Shown here one piece after another: positions 47,325 through 60,500 of a stretch of DNA of 64,000 bases. The first letter of the stretch is position 1; every line of letters begins with the position of its first letter. The translations under genes were made by a program, and so were the position numbers. The DNA is from Balamuthia mandrillaris (taxonomy: Eukaryota). Location: positions 62,001-126,000 of the forward strand of contig JAVKOQ020000040.1 of assembly GCA_031835245.2 (NCBI GenBank). Reading direction: 5' to 3'. The notes beneath the pieces are model-generated. The model searched no databases. It was not told the DNA's origin and saw nothing but the letters and a program-made list of their open reading frames with translations.

Positions 47325-47465
47325 ACCAGGGTCAGTATGAGAGCGGGGGCCAACCATCGCCATCGATGCTTGTGCTGGGAAGGACCACCATCCTGTGGCG
47401 GAGGTGCCTCCAAGAAGGATTGCTGCCGCCACACCCCAGGCGAAGTGAAGGCAAACTGAAGAAAC
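47325..47465 (+). pseudogene. Decayed copy of the SDR 3' end
   Basis: ggtcagtatgagagcgg..atcgccatcgatgct..gggaaggaccac.atcctgtggcggaggtgcct matches 45672-45795 with indels. Confidence 0.8.
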
Positions 47466-47509
47466 AAAAAAAAAAGCTTCAAGCATTAAGAAAACTTGTT
47501 GTGAGGGAG

Positions 47510-50500
47510 ATACATGAGCAACGCTGTAACGTTCATGGCTGGACCAGCCTTTTTGCGCATTGGTAAAGGGCATGAAGGAGTTTTTGCTTTTGCGAAACAA
47601 CAACATATTTAGCTACAAAACTAAACAACCAAAAGAGAGAGCAAGAAAAAGAGTACAGTACCTTGCAATCCCCATTCGGCTCCATGAACTCGAGCTTCTG
47701 TAGTTTTGGACAAGCATTCCTCAGATGTTCAAAAACAACTTCCTCCGCCTCTTCTCTTGTCATCTTTGCCAGAGTCGTATTCTCTTCCTCCAATGACTGC
47801 ATCCAGCGAGGGTGAGCCAGAGCCAACAGCTCTGCATCCACTTTCAGACTCAACAGCCCGTTTGCTCGCTCTAATATGTGCCACAACGTATGGTATTGAG
47901 GCAGGCTCGAAGTCGTGAATGGATTGCTTTGTTGCTCGCTCTCTTCTCCATCGTCACTGCTTAATAGTTCAACATCGTCTTCAATTACAGGAATTGCTTG
48001 AATGGAGAGGGATCGTAGATGAGGAAGAGCAGAAAGCATTTCGAGGCGGAAGACGTCACTCTCAATTTCCTCGCTAGGTTCGTTGTTGTTGGTTGCATAC
48101 CCTTGAAGTAGCTGTTGCACAAGTTCTGGAAGATTCAGAACTATGCGCTTTAACCTGCGTCAAAAGTTAAGCGAAGACAGGAAAAAAGATAGGGAACAGA
48201 CCTTGGAGCGATGTCTACGGTAAGAGTTTGCAACTTGGGGCAATCCAAACTTAGCACTTTCAGAAATTCCATGTCATATAGGCTGAGTGTGCGAAGCTTT
48301 GGGCAAGACAATGTCAACACAACCACATGCCACGTTCTATCCATACTTAGGTTTTGCACAGAAATTGGACAGCTCTGTAAATGCAACAACAATATAAAAC
48401 AGGAGAATACAAGCCAAAGGAGAGAGTAAAATAGGAACCTGGATGACTATGGCTTCTTCTAGCGTGAGCTTTCTACTGCCGGGTTCAATGTAACAACTAC
48501 TGTCATGTTGGCACCAAAGATCCACCAACAAAGGCACGTTGTTCTTTGGGTTATCGGATAGAGAGGTTAGCGCACGTTCCGACATCAACGAGCAGTTGTC
48601 CAGTTCGATCTGGTATAAGCAGGGACAATCAAGCTCAAACTCTACCAACTGTAATGAATGTCAATCAATTATGAAGGAGAACAAAAGAAGAAACAGGAGG
48701 AAGAGAGCACGAAGGACAAGAGACCTTATGCCAATGGATCAATCGGATAGAGCGTAAGGATTGATGACGAAGGCGAAAGCAGGTGAGCACATGATTGTTA
48801 AAGGCGGTGAAATCCACGAGTTTAGGCGTGGCTATCTCTAACGCTTCAATCCAAGTTGTTAAAACTGGCACCATTAAAGACGTTTGAGACAGTATTCATT
48901 GAATAACGGAAAAGAGAGAGAGAGAAGAGAGAGAAGAGAGAAGAGAGAAGAGAAAGGGAGAAGAACAGAGCAGCGAAGAGAAGGAACATCAACGAGTAAA
49001 GAATCACCATGGTCAGTGTTCATGATGCACAACGAAACCAAATTCTCGAAATGATTCAATGCTATTAGCTCGAAGCTTTGGTCTCTCTCAAACGTTACAT
49101 CAATGGATTCGAGGCGTTGACACAGATAAGGATACGACGCTCCTTCTGCGACATTCACAAAATCAGTTGAAGGAAAACAAAGATGGGGTCTCTCCTGCAA
49201 AAACTTGTCTAAATAATTACACTAGCAAACCTATTAGAAAAACACAGCAAACCTCAAAAGAGAGAAAAGGAAAAAAGCTGTGCACCTCTTCATTGGTGAA
49301 GTAGTCCTTTCTTAAGAGAGGCTGTTGAGCCACTGTATGCACGGTGAGTGATTGCAACACAGGAAATAGCCAACTGTTTGAGAGCTCTGCTAGCATTTCT
49401 GGTAATAACTTTAAACGGCGTCAGAAAGTGAAAGGGAGAGGAGAGGAGGAGAGGAGGAGGAGGAGGAGAGAGAGGAGAGGAGAGGAGAGGAGAGGAGAGG
49501 AGAGGAGAGAGAGGGAGAGGAGAGGAGAGGAGAGGAGAGGAGAGGAGAGGAGAGAGGAGAGGAGAGGAGAGGAGAGGAGAGGAGAGGAGAGGAGAGGAGA
49601 GGAGAGGAGAGAGCTTGATGAAGAACAAAAAAGCAAGGAGGATCCGGCCGAGAGAGGCAGAAAAAATATCGTACAGTGTTGATATCGAGCTGTTGCAATG
49701 TGGAACCATGGAAAAGCAGAGTCTTCCATAAGTCCAACTGTTGGTCAAAGACATGAATAAAATTACTTACAAGAAAAGACACACTTGTTAAAAAGTATGC
49801 TCAGACCTGAGTGGATTCCATTCCAAATGCAGTACAAGAGAACAATCGCAACTGTGGACATTCAATGTCAAACGCAACGTGTTTGGCGTCCTTGATATAC
49901 AGCTCCTCCAAGCTCTGGGAATGAAGGCTAACGGGGGTACCATCTTCCAAAGAGAGGTGCAATGTGCGAAGGTTGGGGCAAGATGGTCCAATTTGCTTTA
50001 TGACTTGTTCAGTTAGGCAAATGTTTCCTGAGATCGAGTGAGTGACAAGAGCGAGAAGAGAGAGGAGAAGACGTGTTTAGTTATAATGCATCCGAAAAGT
50101 AGGAGAAAAGGTAACACAAATAGATAAAACAAGAAGGAAAGAATAAAGAGAAAGTTTCTTACTACCAGTCCTTCCGCCCTGCATAATCTTAAACACTCGT
50201 AGACCCACGTTGTTGCGGAGCACAGCGACAAGGCTCTCCCTTTGATTGGGCATATCCTTCACACTTTCAGCAGTGAAGGAGCAGTAAACCATAGTGAAGC
50301 TAACGAGGTTCGTACAACAACGAGCAATCATGGGCAACACGTGAGGCTGCAGGTCCACGTAAAAGAAGGAAAGGTTTGAGAGGTTGCATAAACAAGCTTC
50401 CAAAGGATCGAAAAAGTATTCAGCCCTTTGTTTTAAAAAACCAAACAATAGGTGTTAAAAAACAACGAACTGGGCAAAGGAGTGTATAACGTACGGCAAA

Positions 50501-52319
50501 GGTTCGTTACATCCACCACCGTCCCACAGGTATTCACGAAGGCAAGGGCTCTAACAGAATACCGGTTAAGCAAAGGGTGGGAATACCTTGCTTAAAGCAA
50601 CGAGTACATTCTTAAAGTCTGTACTAGCATCTGAAGGAAGGATATTCATCGCTTCTAATTTTGAAAGTTGAGTTACAAACTTCTCCAAAGCTGCGTGATA
50701 GAGAGAGATCACAACGTTAATACTCAACTAAATAAAAAAGCACCATTGGAGAGAAGAAGAAGAAAGAAGAAGAACATGAACAAGCAGAACAACAAGAAGA
50801 AGCGGAAGAGGAAGAAGCAGAAACAAAACCACTATAAGAGTAAGAATAATGGTCGAAATTGTCGATGGTAATTCGTTCTAGGGAGGGACAGTGGGTAGCT
50901 AAGGCTTCCAGTTGATCGTCTGAAGCCATTACGTTGTTTGATAAATCCACAATTCTCAACTTGTTGCAATTCTATAGAAGAAAGAAGAGTGGTGAACAAA
51001 TGGAGCAGTGGAAGAAAAGCCGAAGTGTGACTTACAGCAAATACATGGGCCAATCCTTTAGGGTGAGTGCTAGGTATATCGGTCTGGCTCGTAAGCAATA
51101 CTTCTAATTCGTGCAACTTACCAAGGTCTTTATAGGAGAAGTGAGGACAGAGAGAAGAGAGAAGAGAAGAGAGAAGATAGAAGAAAGAAAGGAGAAGAGA
51201 GAAAAGAGTATCTACCTTCAATAATGCACTGTGTAAACTTTACTGAGGAAATGTCCAGATGCCGCAACAGGGTACAAGACTCAGCCACCACTATCATGGC
51301 GAAACCGTGAAGAAGGACGAAAACACAAACAGTAACGTTAAAACAGAAAACAAAGATAAGGAACGAACAGAAAGATGAAAATACGGAACGATGGATGGCG
51401 GCCGAGCTGATAGGAACGGACGCCAAAGACAACGATGTAAGGTTTGAGCAATGCTTCAGAGCGCGTAAACCATCATCCGTTATATAACTACAGTCTGTTC
51501 AACGAGAGCAAAAGAAAATGAGAAGACAGAAAGATAGAATAGAATGGAAGAATAAGTGAGAAGATGTAAACGAGCAGGAAAGGCGAGATGGAAAGAAGGA
51601 GAGGAGCGAAGACAATGTCCAGGAGAGCAGAGAGCAGAGAGAGAGCAGAGAGCAGAGCAAAGACGAGCAAGGAGAGAGCAGAGAGAACAGAGAGCAGAGA
51701 GCAGAGAGTGAAGAGAACGAAGAGAAAGGCGGGGGCAAAGTAAAGTACGCGAAAGGTTAAGAGAGCATAATTGGGCGGAGAGAGCCCGCAAAACGGCGTC
51801 CACTTGCGCATCCGACAGCTGGCAACAACGGGAAAGGTCCAAATGGATCGTTCGTACGGAGGTGGAGGACAGAAGGGAGGAGGCGCCGGAGGACAACGAG
51901 GCGGCGAGCAGGGCCGCATCGAGAGCGGAGCAGTTGGAAAAGTCGAGATGGACCTGAGAGGGACCGACGAACCGGTTGGCGGAGAAAAAGGCAAGCAAGA
52001 CCGCTGGCAATCGGTTGCTTTGCTTCCAATGCAACAGCAGCCGTTCCAAAAGGTCCGGCGGAAGAACGACCGGTTGCTGTGTTTGTTGTGGTATGTGCAT
52101 GAAGCGAACGTTTGAAGAAGAAGAAGAAGAAGAAGAAGAACAAGAAGCAGAACAAGAAGCAGAAGAAGAAGAAGAAGAAGAAGAAGAAGAACAAGAACAA
52201 GAAGCAGAAGAAGAAGAAAGAAAGTCAGCAAAGGCGTCCATGCAGAGCCATTGCAAAGAAGGTATGGCGGCTTTTCTGAAGCTGGCCCACGGCGGTGGTG
52301 GCGGTAACGCTTCCTGCAT
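47510..52319 (-). CDS. Multi-exon cysteine-containing LRR protein with N-terminal BC-box/cullin-box-like motif (3' end uncertain)
   Basis: IPSLQWLC and LPPDLLERLL, followed by many LxxLDLSxC and CPxLxxL repeats across at least 12 exons. Confidence 0.75.
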
Positions 52320-52957
52320 TCTTATTTTGCTGGTTTGAAACAAGAACTGTTCACTTCATGTCGACCCAGCCGAAAAGTATGATCGCTGAGTAAACAGCAA
52401 CCACCAATCAAAAATCAAAAATCGGCTGTTACACAAAACGATTTACACGTCATTACTTACCATAAAACGTTATCATTACCATAAACGATCTATTTACTGT
52501 TGAAGGAATTTGTGTCATCTAAGAGATCAAACTTGTCGACAAAAATGGTTAGTCCCTCTCACCCGATGGTGGCTGCCGTGAGGACGGCCTTCTTTTTCGT
52601 CACTGTCCGTGGCCTTGGTTTGCGCATCACCGCTGTGACACAGCATCGGTCGAAGCTGATCACAATAACCTGAGCTGCTAGCTGAAAAAGTTGCCGGGGA
52701 AAGGCCAAAAAAAATGAACGCAAAATGATCCCTCACAGCAATGTAGCCATGTTTAGTGTTCACGTTGCATGATTGTTCCACGAAATTAATAAAAATTCAG
52801 AACTGAAAACGTTATTTTACGACTATTCATTCAAAGGGCCTTCTTCATTTGTGAGCTTACAAACAGTTGTTTTTTGTTCTTCTTCCCTTTCTCTTTCTTC
52901 CCTTTGCTGCACTCAAACACAAGCGAAACATTTTGCAATCTATATTTTGAGGCTATA

Positions 52958-54354
52958 ATGTCCTTCTCTTCGTCTTCGTCGTCGTCACAGCTGCAACCCT
53001 TCACAAGAATGGGCACGCTGACGCTGGAGGTGCTGCATGGGAATGACCTCGCGGCCAAGGATCGGGGCGGCACCTCCGACCCTTACTGCAAGTTCGGGCT
53101 GATTCACCTGCTCGACCAAGTGGACCCCCTCCTCAGGAAGAAGATGGGAAAGAACAAGAAGAAGAGCAAAGGAGATTCGTCCTCCTCGGCTGCCGGTAAC
53201 CAGGAGCACCTAACCAAAGTCATAGACAAGGACTTGAACCCCGTGTGGAACCACCCTCCTGTCTCTTTCAACACTCTGAACGATGGACCATGGGTTGGCT
53301 TAAAGCTAAGGTCTTTAGCTTCTTTGTTTTTTCATCTTCCTTCTTGTCTGTTTCATTCTTCTCCCTTCCTTCCTTCGTTCTTATTCTTTCTTTGCAGGTG
53401 TATGATAAAGACATCCTGACCGACGACTTCATGGGAGAGGTCTTCCTCTCGGCTGAAGAGATAGAGTCCTGGGACCTCCAACCGAGGTTCGAGCGCTCCT
53501 TCGAGGTTCAACCCAGGAAGAAACCCGAAGGCACAAAGAAGAAGAAGAAGAAGGAGGACGAGGTCTCCGGCACCATCACTTTGGCCCTCCATTTCGAATT
53601 CCAGCGCAACCAACAGGAGAAGAGCGTACAGAAGTTCTGCTCCAAGGCCGGCTTGGAGGAGGTGTTGGAGGCGGGCACTCCCGACGCCTCTCCCGACTTT
53701 AAGCTGCTGGTAGACATTTGCAAGAGCGATGCCGTGAACTATGGCAAGCTGTTGGACTCGGGACTATTGGATCAGTTGAGCGATTTCGTGGATAGGCTGG
53801 CCATGAGTGACAACACGCTGAAGGTCCTCTGCGGCCTGGAGCTGTTGCGTGCTGTATTTGCCAACCCCTGCCCCAAGGGAAGCAAGGTTTGTTAGCTGCC
53901 TTTCTTTTGTTCTTCATTCTTCATGAATTCCCCTTATCTTCTATCTTCGTTTCCACTTCTGGTTTCAACTTTCTGTCTTATCGTCTGCTCGTGTTTGTTT
54001 GCTCTGAATAAAAGATGGAGCCAGGACTCAAGAGAGCGAAAGCATGGATGAGCACCTCTGACTTGTTGCAGCGCGTCATGGCCTTCACAGGACGTGACGA
54101 TGTAGAGAGCAAGCAAGACACATGGGCCACCGGCGGCACCAGCAGCACCATCAAACAGGCGGTTGCCAAGTTCGTGGCATGGTCGTCCATCTTCCCTGAG
54201 CAAGACTTGTTGCCCACTCTCAAGATCTTTGATCATCCCGAAGTCATCTCCACTCTCTACGAAAGGATTGCTCAGTATGGTGAGGCCGAACCTGAAATTG
54301 CTAATGAGTACGTGCATGTCCTTGTTCTCATTCTTGTTCTTGTTCTCATTGTCG

Positions 54355-54389
<35 letters not shown>

Positions 54390-55240
54390 CTTCTTCTTCT
54401 TCTTCTTCTTCTTCTTCTTCGTTCTTCGTTCTTCTTCTTCTTCTTCTTCTTCTTCTTCTTCTTCGTTCTTGTTCTTCTTCATCTTCTTCTTCTTCTTCTT
54501 GTTCTTCATATTGTTTATCTGGCTTCGAAACAACACCAGATATGTCGAACCTTTCATGTACATGTCATTGTTCGATAGGATGGCAGGAAAGGAGGAATGG
54601 GACATCGCTTGGGCTTGGCTGGAGGAGAACAAGGTCGCAGAAAACGTTATCTTCTTTGCCGAAAAGTATCTAGAACTCTACACCCTCAAGTATTGCTGGG
54701 TCTCCAATACCTTGCGCAACATCGCCAAATATGCCATCGAGGTACCTGGCTTACCCCTTTTATTTTTCTCATCTCTTTCTTCTATTCTCGTCCCTGGTTC
54801 ACCTTCATCTCTCTCTCCTCTCTCTCTTACATCTCCTTGCAGCATGTTCCCGATTCTCCACATATTGCCACCATTAAGGACAAGTTCAACCGCGACTTGG
54901 AGGCTGGTCACTTCACCGTCCAGCGCCTGACCTCTATTATGCCTAAACTCCCCGAAGTGATGGCCAACAGCGTGCTGAGCAAGTTTGATGAAAGGATCAA
55001 CGGCGGGACCGGGTTTGAGAATGACACTCAGTTTGGTAAGATGCTGGAGTCCGTCTGCGATCTTTACGCGGACGCTCCTAGTTACAGGCCCAAGTTGATG
55101 GAGTGGGAACGGCAGAACCTTACAAAGGTGATGGCCTATCTTATTGAGCACAGAGATTCCAAGGGTGTAAGTAACCCTTTTAACATATCATACTGCGTAG
55201 TGAGTTTTTTAACTCTGTTCAATTTTGTTTGTTTTCACAC

Positions 55241-55306
<66 letters not shown>

Positions 55307-55832
55307 ATCTCCTGGACTCGTTTTTTTCGTTTCTCGTTTCGAAGGCTGTGACAGCAGGCGCTCGTTGGTTAGTGAGACTAACACGCGAAATATCCTTGCG
55401 TGCTCCGCTTTGGGAGGCCAAAATCTCCACCTTCTACAACGCTGCATTGAAGCTGCTTAAAGACGACAAGTGGACCGTGTTCAGATACCAGATTCCCGAA
55501 CACTTCCACAACTTTGCGCCTTCGGGAGACTTGGAGGCGTTACAGAGCTTGAGGCATCCCGATTTCCCTGTCAACAAGCTGTGGGTAGGTCCTGGCAAGG
55601 GCTACTTCTTGCTCAACGAAGGCGAGAAACCAGACGGCTCAATAATGACCACATTCTCCTACGCGGGCAAAATCACCAAAACGTTGAACACCTTCAGTAC
55701 GTTTTCCTGCGTGTACTTTTCATTCGTGATTATGTTCTCTTTGTCTCTCTCTGTCTCTCTCTCTCTCTTCTATCTCTCCTCTCCTCCTTAAATTCTCGAG
55801 AATGCTCATCCTTCTCTATCCCATTCACTTAA
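52958..55832 (+). CDS. C2-domain protein with helical (ARM-like) middle and unknown C-terminal domain, multi-exon
   Basis: GTLTLEVLHGNDLAAKDRGGTSDPYC, TKVIDKDLNPVWN, VYDKDILTDDFMGEV, with the Ca-binding aspartates present. Confidence 0.85.
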
Positions 55833-56111
55833 CATAGTTGATGGGAATCGAATTGTGGTTATTTATCCTACCGGAGTCAACCTTGGGGGTTATCTCGTGG
55901 GAGATACCATCGAATTCCACGGTCCTTTGTTGGATGGCTTGGATGGCAGGATAACCGCGAACCCCTTTGCCTCTCTCAAGTACATACGTGATGACAACTA
56001 CAAACATGTTTAGAGGAGACTGTTTTTTGACACACAGTACCACTTACATTCGCCCTAATGTCATTCGAAAAAAACAAACGGTTACATCTTTGTTTAAACA
56101 GAACCCTTGGG

Positions 56112-57248
56112 TTAATAGCTGGGTGGCCCACCCAGGTGTTTGCACTCCAACTCAGGACACCCCACACATATCTTGTCTGCATGGTCCCAGAAATGTTGCA
56201 ACATTCGCTTGTTCTCTGCCTTGTACACAGCTGAGAAGTTATATTTGTTCTTCTTTCTTCTTTCCTTCAGTACCTCTGGCACTCCTTTTATAAACTTGAA
56301 GTGGTGCACCGTCATCACCTCCGGCCAGGCCGTTGTTTGGCAACACTCCACCACGGATTCCTTCAGCATTAGGGTGTGTTGTCCGTTGTTCACCTTGTAA
56401 CTCCCTCGGAAAGCCAATACCTTCTGCACTGTTCCTCGGGTAACTACTTTTGTTACCTGACATCCCAAAGGAAACTGTTGCCAGAGGCTTGCTCCCCCTT
56501 CCGTCCAAGGAAGAATCGGGAGTAGTGTGCCATCGGCAGCCACTCGATCCATGAAATGGCCAACTACATGCGTAAAGTCCGTCTTGTCAACTGTTTCCAA
56601 CAAAAACTCCGGCACAGTTTGTCGTCTCTGCTTCACCTCTCCGCCTTCTTCCACTATTTTGTATCCAGTCATCCACTCGTGAAGCTCATCCACATCCGTA
56701 TGCAACACCCAGTCCTGCTCTCGCACTCCTCTATTTGACGTGAGCCGTGAGATAAAGTCGTGATTCTCTCCTGTCAGGTTGGTGAACAGCTCATGGTAGG
56801 CTCCGTACTGATCCAAGATGTTGACCATCTGTTGATAGATCTCCTTCCTTTCACCCTCAAGCTCCTCCGTCGCAATGACAATGATGTAGGAATACCGAAA
56901 ATCCAGTCCAAGCTGTTGGTAGTGCGTGAGGTAATATGGCAAGTAGAGTGGTGTGTTAGGCAAGATGATGGTGTTCAGAATAAGCCACACTCGAGACTGT
57001 GCATTATCCTGCTGTGTTGCTTTACGGGGATAAAGAGATGGCTTTCCGTTTGAATATAGGTTTGAGTTTGGCAGAGAGAGTTCTGTAGCTGTTGCTTCCC
57101 GAGCTAGCGGGGACGAGGCTGGGTAAGAACCGGTTTCATTGGGAAGCAAACCATGACCCAGGAAAGCAACAATGCAAAACGAGAGAATGAGGACCATCCA
57201 CAACGTAACGTACGACACTCTTGACCTCCGCCATCGCAACGCCGTCAT
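56112..57248 (-). CDS. Type II membrane GT-A glycosyltransferase (GT2/GT92-like)
   Basis: N-terminal TM, stem region, YLTHYQQLG, WVLHTDVDEL (DXD), KVLAFRG..GQH, VHHFKF. Confidence 0.8.
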   Translation of the reverse strand: MTALRWRRSRVSYVTLWMVLILSFCIVAFLGHGLLPNETGSYPASSPLAREATATELSLPNSNLYSNGKPSLYPRKATQQDNAQSRVWLILNTIILPNTPLYLPYYLTHYQQLGLDFRYSYIIVIATEELEGERKEIYQQMVNILDQYGAYHELFTNLTGENHDFISRLTSNRGVREQDWVLHTDVDELHEWMTGYKIVEEGGEVKQRRQTVPEFLLETVDKTDFTHVVGHFMDRVAADGTLLPILPWTEGGASLWQQFPLGCQVTKVVTRGTVQKVLAFRGSYKVNNGQHTLMLKESVVECCQTTAWPEVMTVHHFKFIKGVPEVLKERRKKNKYNFSAVYKAENKRMLQHFWDHADKICVGCPELECKHLGGPPSY

Positions 57249-57552
57249 GGCCTTGCTGAGCCTCCTCTCTTCAACGAAACGACACTTTGTGAAGGTGCAC
57301 AACATGAGTTCCAAAACTGGACATTTTGTCAAATTTTGTCGACATCATTTATTTCATATTTTGGATTTTTTTGGTTATTTTTTTTCCATTTTTTCATTTT
57401 TTTCATTTTTTTCATTTTTTTGATTATATTTCTCTCTTTATTCTCTTTATTCATTTTTTTTCATTTTTTTCATATTTTTTTTGGGTTTTTTGGATTATAT
57501 TTTTTCATTTTTTCATTTTTTTTTTCATGTTATTCATTTTTACTTTGTTGTT

Positions 57553-60500
57553 TTAAACAGAAGGAGTGATATCTACAATAAAGGAAGCCACTTGAAGCGG
57601 AGGCAAATAAATACGTTCATTCGGCAACAGTTCTGCACACGAAAGAGGCGAAGAAGACGAGGAACATCTCTTCGCTTTTGTTTCTCCATCAAATATATCT
57701 TTGAGCGAAAAACTGTTTTCTTCTTTCTCTCTTTCTTCTGTTTCTTCGTGTTGCGTCCTGGTGAAACGAAGAAGCAACTGCTGTTGATGCGGTTGTGGCT
57801 TGATCGAAAGGAGGTAAGCGGAATCCGGAAGAGAAGTGTGAAGGAGAGACAAGGTAGAAGAAGAAGAATGCATCTCCGCTTTCGCTCCACTGAACAGGAA
57901 AACTTGCAAAGGATGGTTGAAGCGAATTCGTTTTTGTTGTTGTCTCAGTTGTGAATGTGGATGATTCGATAAAGAGAGTAAAAGAGGGATGCCGACGGTT
58001 GAGTCATCCAGCACTGGCTCCTTCAGTCCTTTCTGTTATGGAAACAGAAGTTTAAAAACAACCAAATACATAAGAAAGAGAGAACGAGAGAAAGAAGAGA
58101 ACCTGATCATCATGCAGCGGATGTCGATGTAACATTACTTCCAGTTCGTCCCGTTCCAACAACGCCACTCCAAGTGATTGCCTCGACATCAAAGCAATTC
58201 GTCCTATTCTGCCTTCATCACCAAAAGCGGAAGAAGAGACAACCTCAACTTCTGATAAAAGAGGGTAATAGTTTCCGGGGATTCCTCTGAAATGAAGAAA
58301 AGAAGGTCGTCGAACGTGAAACATTCCGTTGAACGTTCGAAGAGTGTCAAAACGAGAAGAGGAAGAAAAGGAGAAGCGCAGAACGAGTTCTTCTCCTGGG
58401 TTTGCATGAGCGATTGGATAGAGCTCCAGTTGAGAGGCATCATTGAGATAGCGACGGACGCGAAGCTGTGCTTTTGTGTCGGAGAAACTTTGGGTTGTTT
58501 CTGTGTACAGCTCACCTGAATGGTTTTAAAATGAGTAAGAGAAGAACAAAAGGTAGCAAAGGAAGATAAGCAGAAAGAGTTACCAGTGATAGTTTGATAA
58601 CTGGCAGATGAAGAAAGAGGGACAGCCAACAAACTTGGCCAAAAGACATAGACCACCACGAAAGCAGGCAACACCGTAACGAGAACATAACATCCAAACT
58701 TCCATCCTCTCACCACAAGAACCACGAGCGCCATCATTGCTCCAATCTCAAGCCCAAAAAGTTGTTCTGAAGAAACGAAATGCTGCTGTTGTTTTTCCAA
58801 CTCTGTTGCTTCTCCTTCGAAAGAAGATGCTAATAACGTTGAATCGTGTAAATGGAAGTAATCGCGAGAGAGAAGATAGAAAAGAAGAACTCCAAACGCG
58901 ATTCCAACGACGAAATGAATGGCAACAAAACTAACTCGTTTTATGTTGTAGTTCTTTATCCTCGTTTGGGTTTGTTGTTGTAATATCGGCAGAGAATGTG
59001 TTGCTTCTTCTTTTTGTTTTTGATGACGTCGACCAAGGCGATGGCGATGACGTAGATACCATCGAAAGAAGAAGAAGAAAAGAAGAGAGAGGCCACCACA
59101 AGAAACGATCCAACCGAGCCAAAAATAAGGCCAAAAGTAAGTTCGAAAGAGATAAGCTCCACTGCCTAAATTGTTGATTGGTGGAGAGCGATAAACTTTA
59201 AATTGTGGCGTTACTGTCACTCGTTCCTCCGAAGTAAGAGAAAAAGCAAACGAAGAAGATGATGATCTAGATGATGAAGATGAAGGAGAAGAAGAGGAAT
59301 ATAAACGTAAGAAAAAGGTACGAAACCCTATTGGAGGAACATCAGAAACGAGAAAAGTGATGCGTTGAAGTTGAGAAGAAGATGGAGAGGGAGAAAGAAG
59401 AACTGATTGAACGGAAGAATGGATGTTTCCAACATCATCCAAAACAACAATCCTTTCGCAGCACTGAAAGTAGTTTGTTGTGCGAATGTCAAGTAAAATG
59501 TCGGTCCATTCTGTCCTATTCCATCCCAAAGAATTGAAGAAGAGCAACGGTAACTCGAGAATGGCATTTTCGTTTTCGTTCGTATTGAGCCGGTGAGAAG
59601 CGAATGATTCGTCGTCAATGACGAGACGAAGCTCGTGAAGAGAAGCATAATCTTCATTGTCGTTGTTTGTTTGTTCGTGAGAGAAGCTAGTCAAGAGATT
59701 CCAATTACTCTTCTTCTTTCGTTCGCTAGTTAGCGCTTGTAACGCTTTGGTCATCAAACTTTGAGCAATGTCGATTGCAGAAAACGCTTTCTGTATGATT
59801 TAACAATTAGCAAAGAAAAGAAGAGATGAAAGGAGAGAACGAGCTACAGAAAAGAGAAAAACCTTTTTGTAGTCACGATAAGCTCTCACAGTACAAGTGC
59901 CCGTAATAGCGTCATGATGCTGCAACAATGCAACAAGTCGCCGTGCTTCTTCTGCTCTTTCCATCAGCTCTGCAAACGAAGAAGCTAAGGACGAAGATGA
60001 AACAAGCGATAAAGAGAGCATGGCATCCATTGCACGAACGCGAGCTTCAGCCATTCGAATTATGGCTTTCAGCAGTGGACGAGTGCTATAGAATCCACTC
60101 CAGTAGTTTAAGAGAGTTGGTTGGCGGTCCACATACGGAAAAAAGTCGCCTTTGTTTAAACGTTAGAAGAGAGATGTTAGAGAGAGAGAGTAAGAGATAA
60201 AAGAGAAAGAAAACAGAAGATACAAACCGGTATAAGAAGGAAAACTATCGAAAGGTGTCTCAGCTTCTACCGCTCTGCACACACGAAAAAAAAAATGAGT
60301 ATTCAAAGAGACAGTGAAGAAGATCGAGAAGAAGAGGGAGGATGATGATGAAAAGAAGAAAGAAGAAGGAGAAGAAGAAGAAGAAGAAGAAGAAGAAGCA
60401 GAAGAAGAAGAAGAAGAAGAAGAAGAAGAAGAAGAAGAAGAAGAACAAGAAGAAGAAGAAGAAGAAGAAGAAGAAGAAGAAGAAGAAGAAGAAGAAGAAG

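Noticed and set aside
57340..57560. T-rich segment giving F/I-rich 'membrane' ORFs
   Set aside because: This is low-complexity intergenic DNA between the GT and mannosidase genes.
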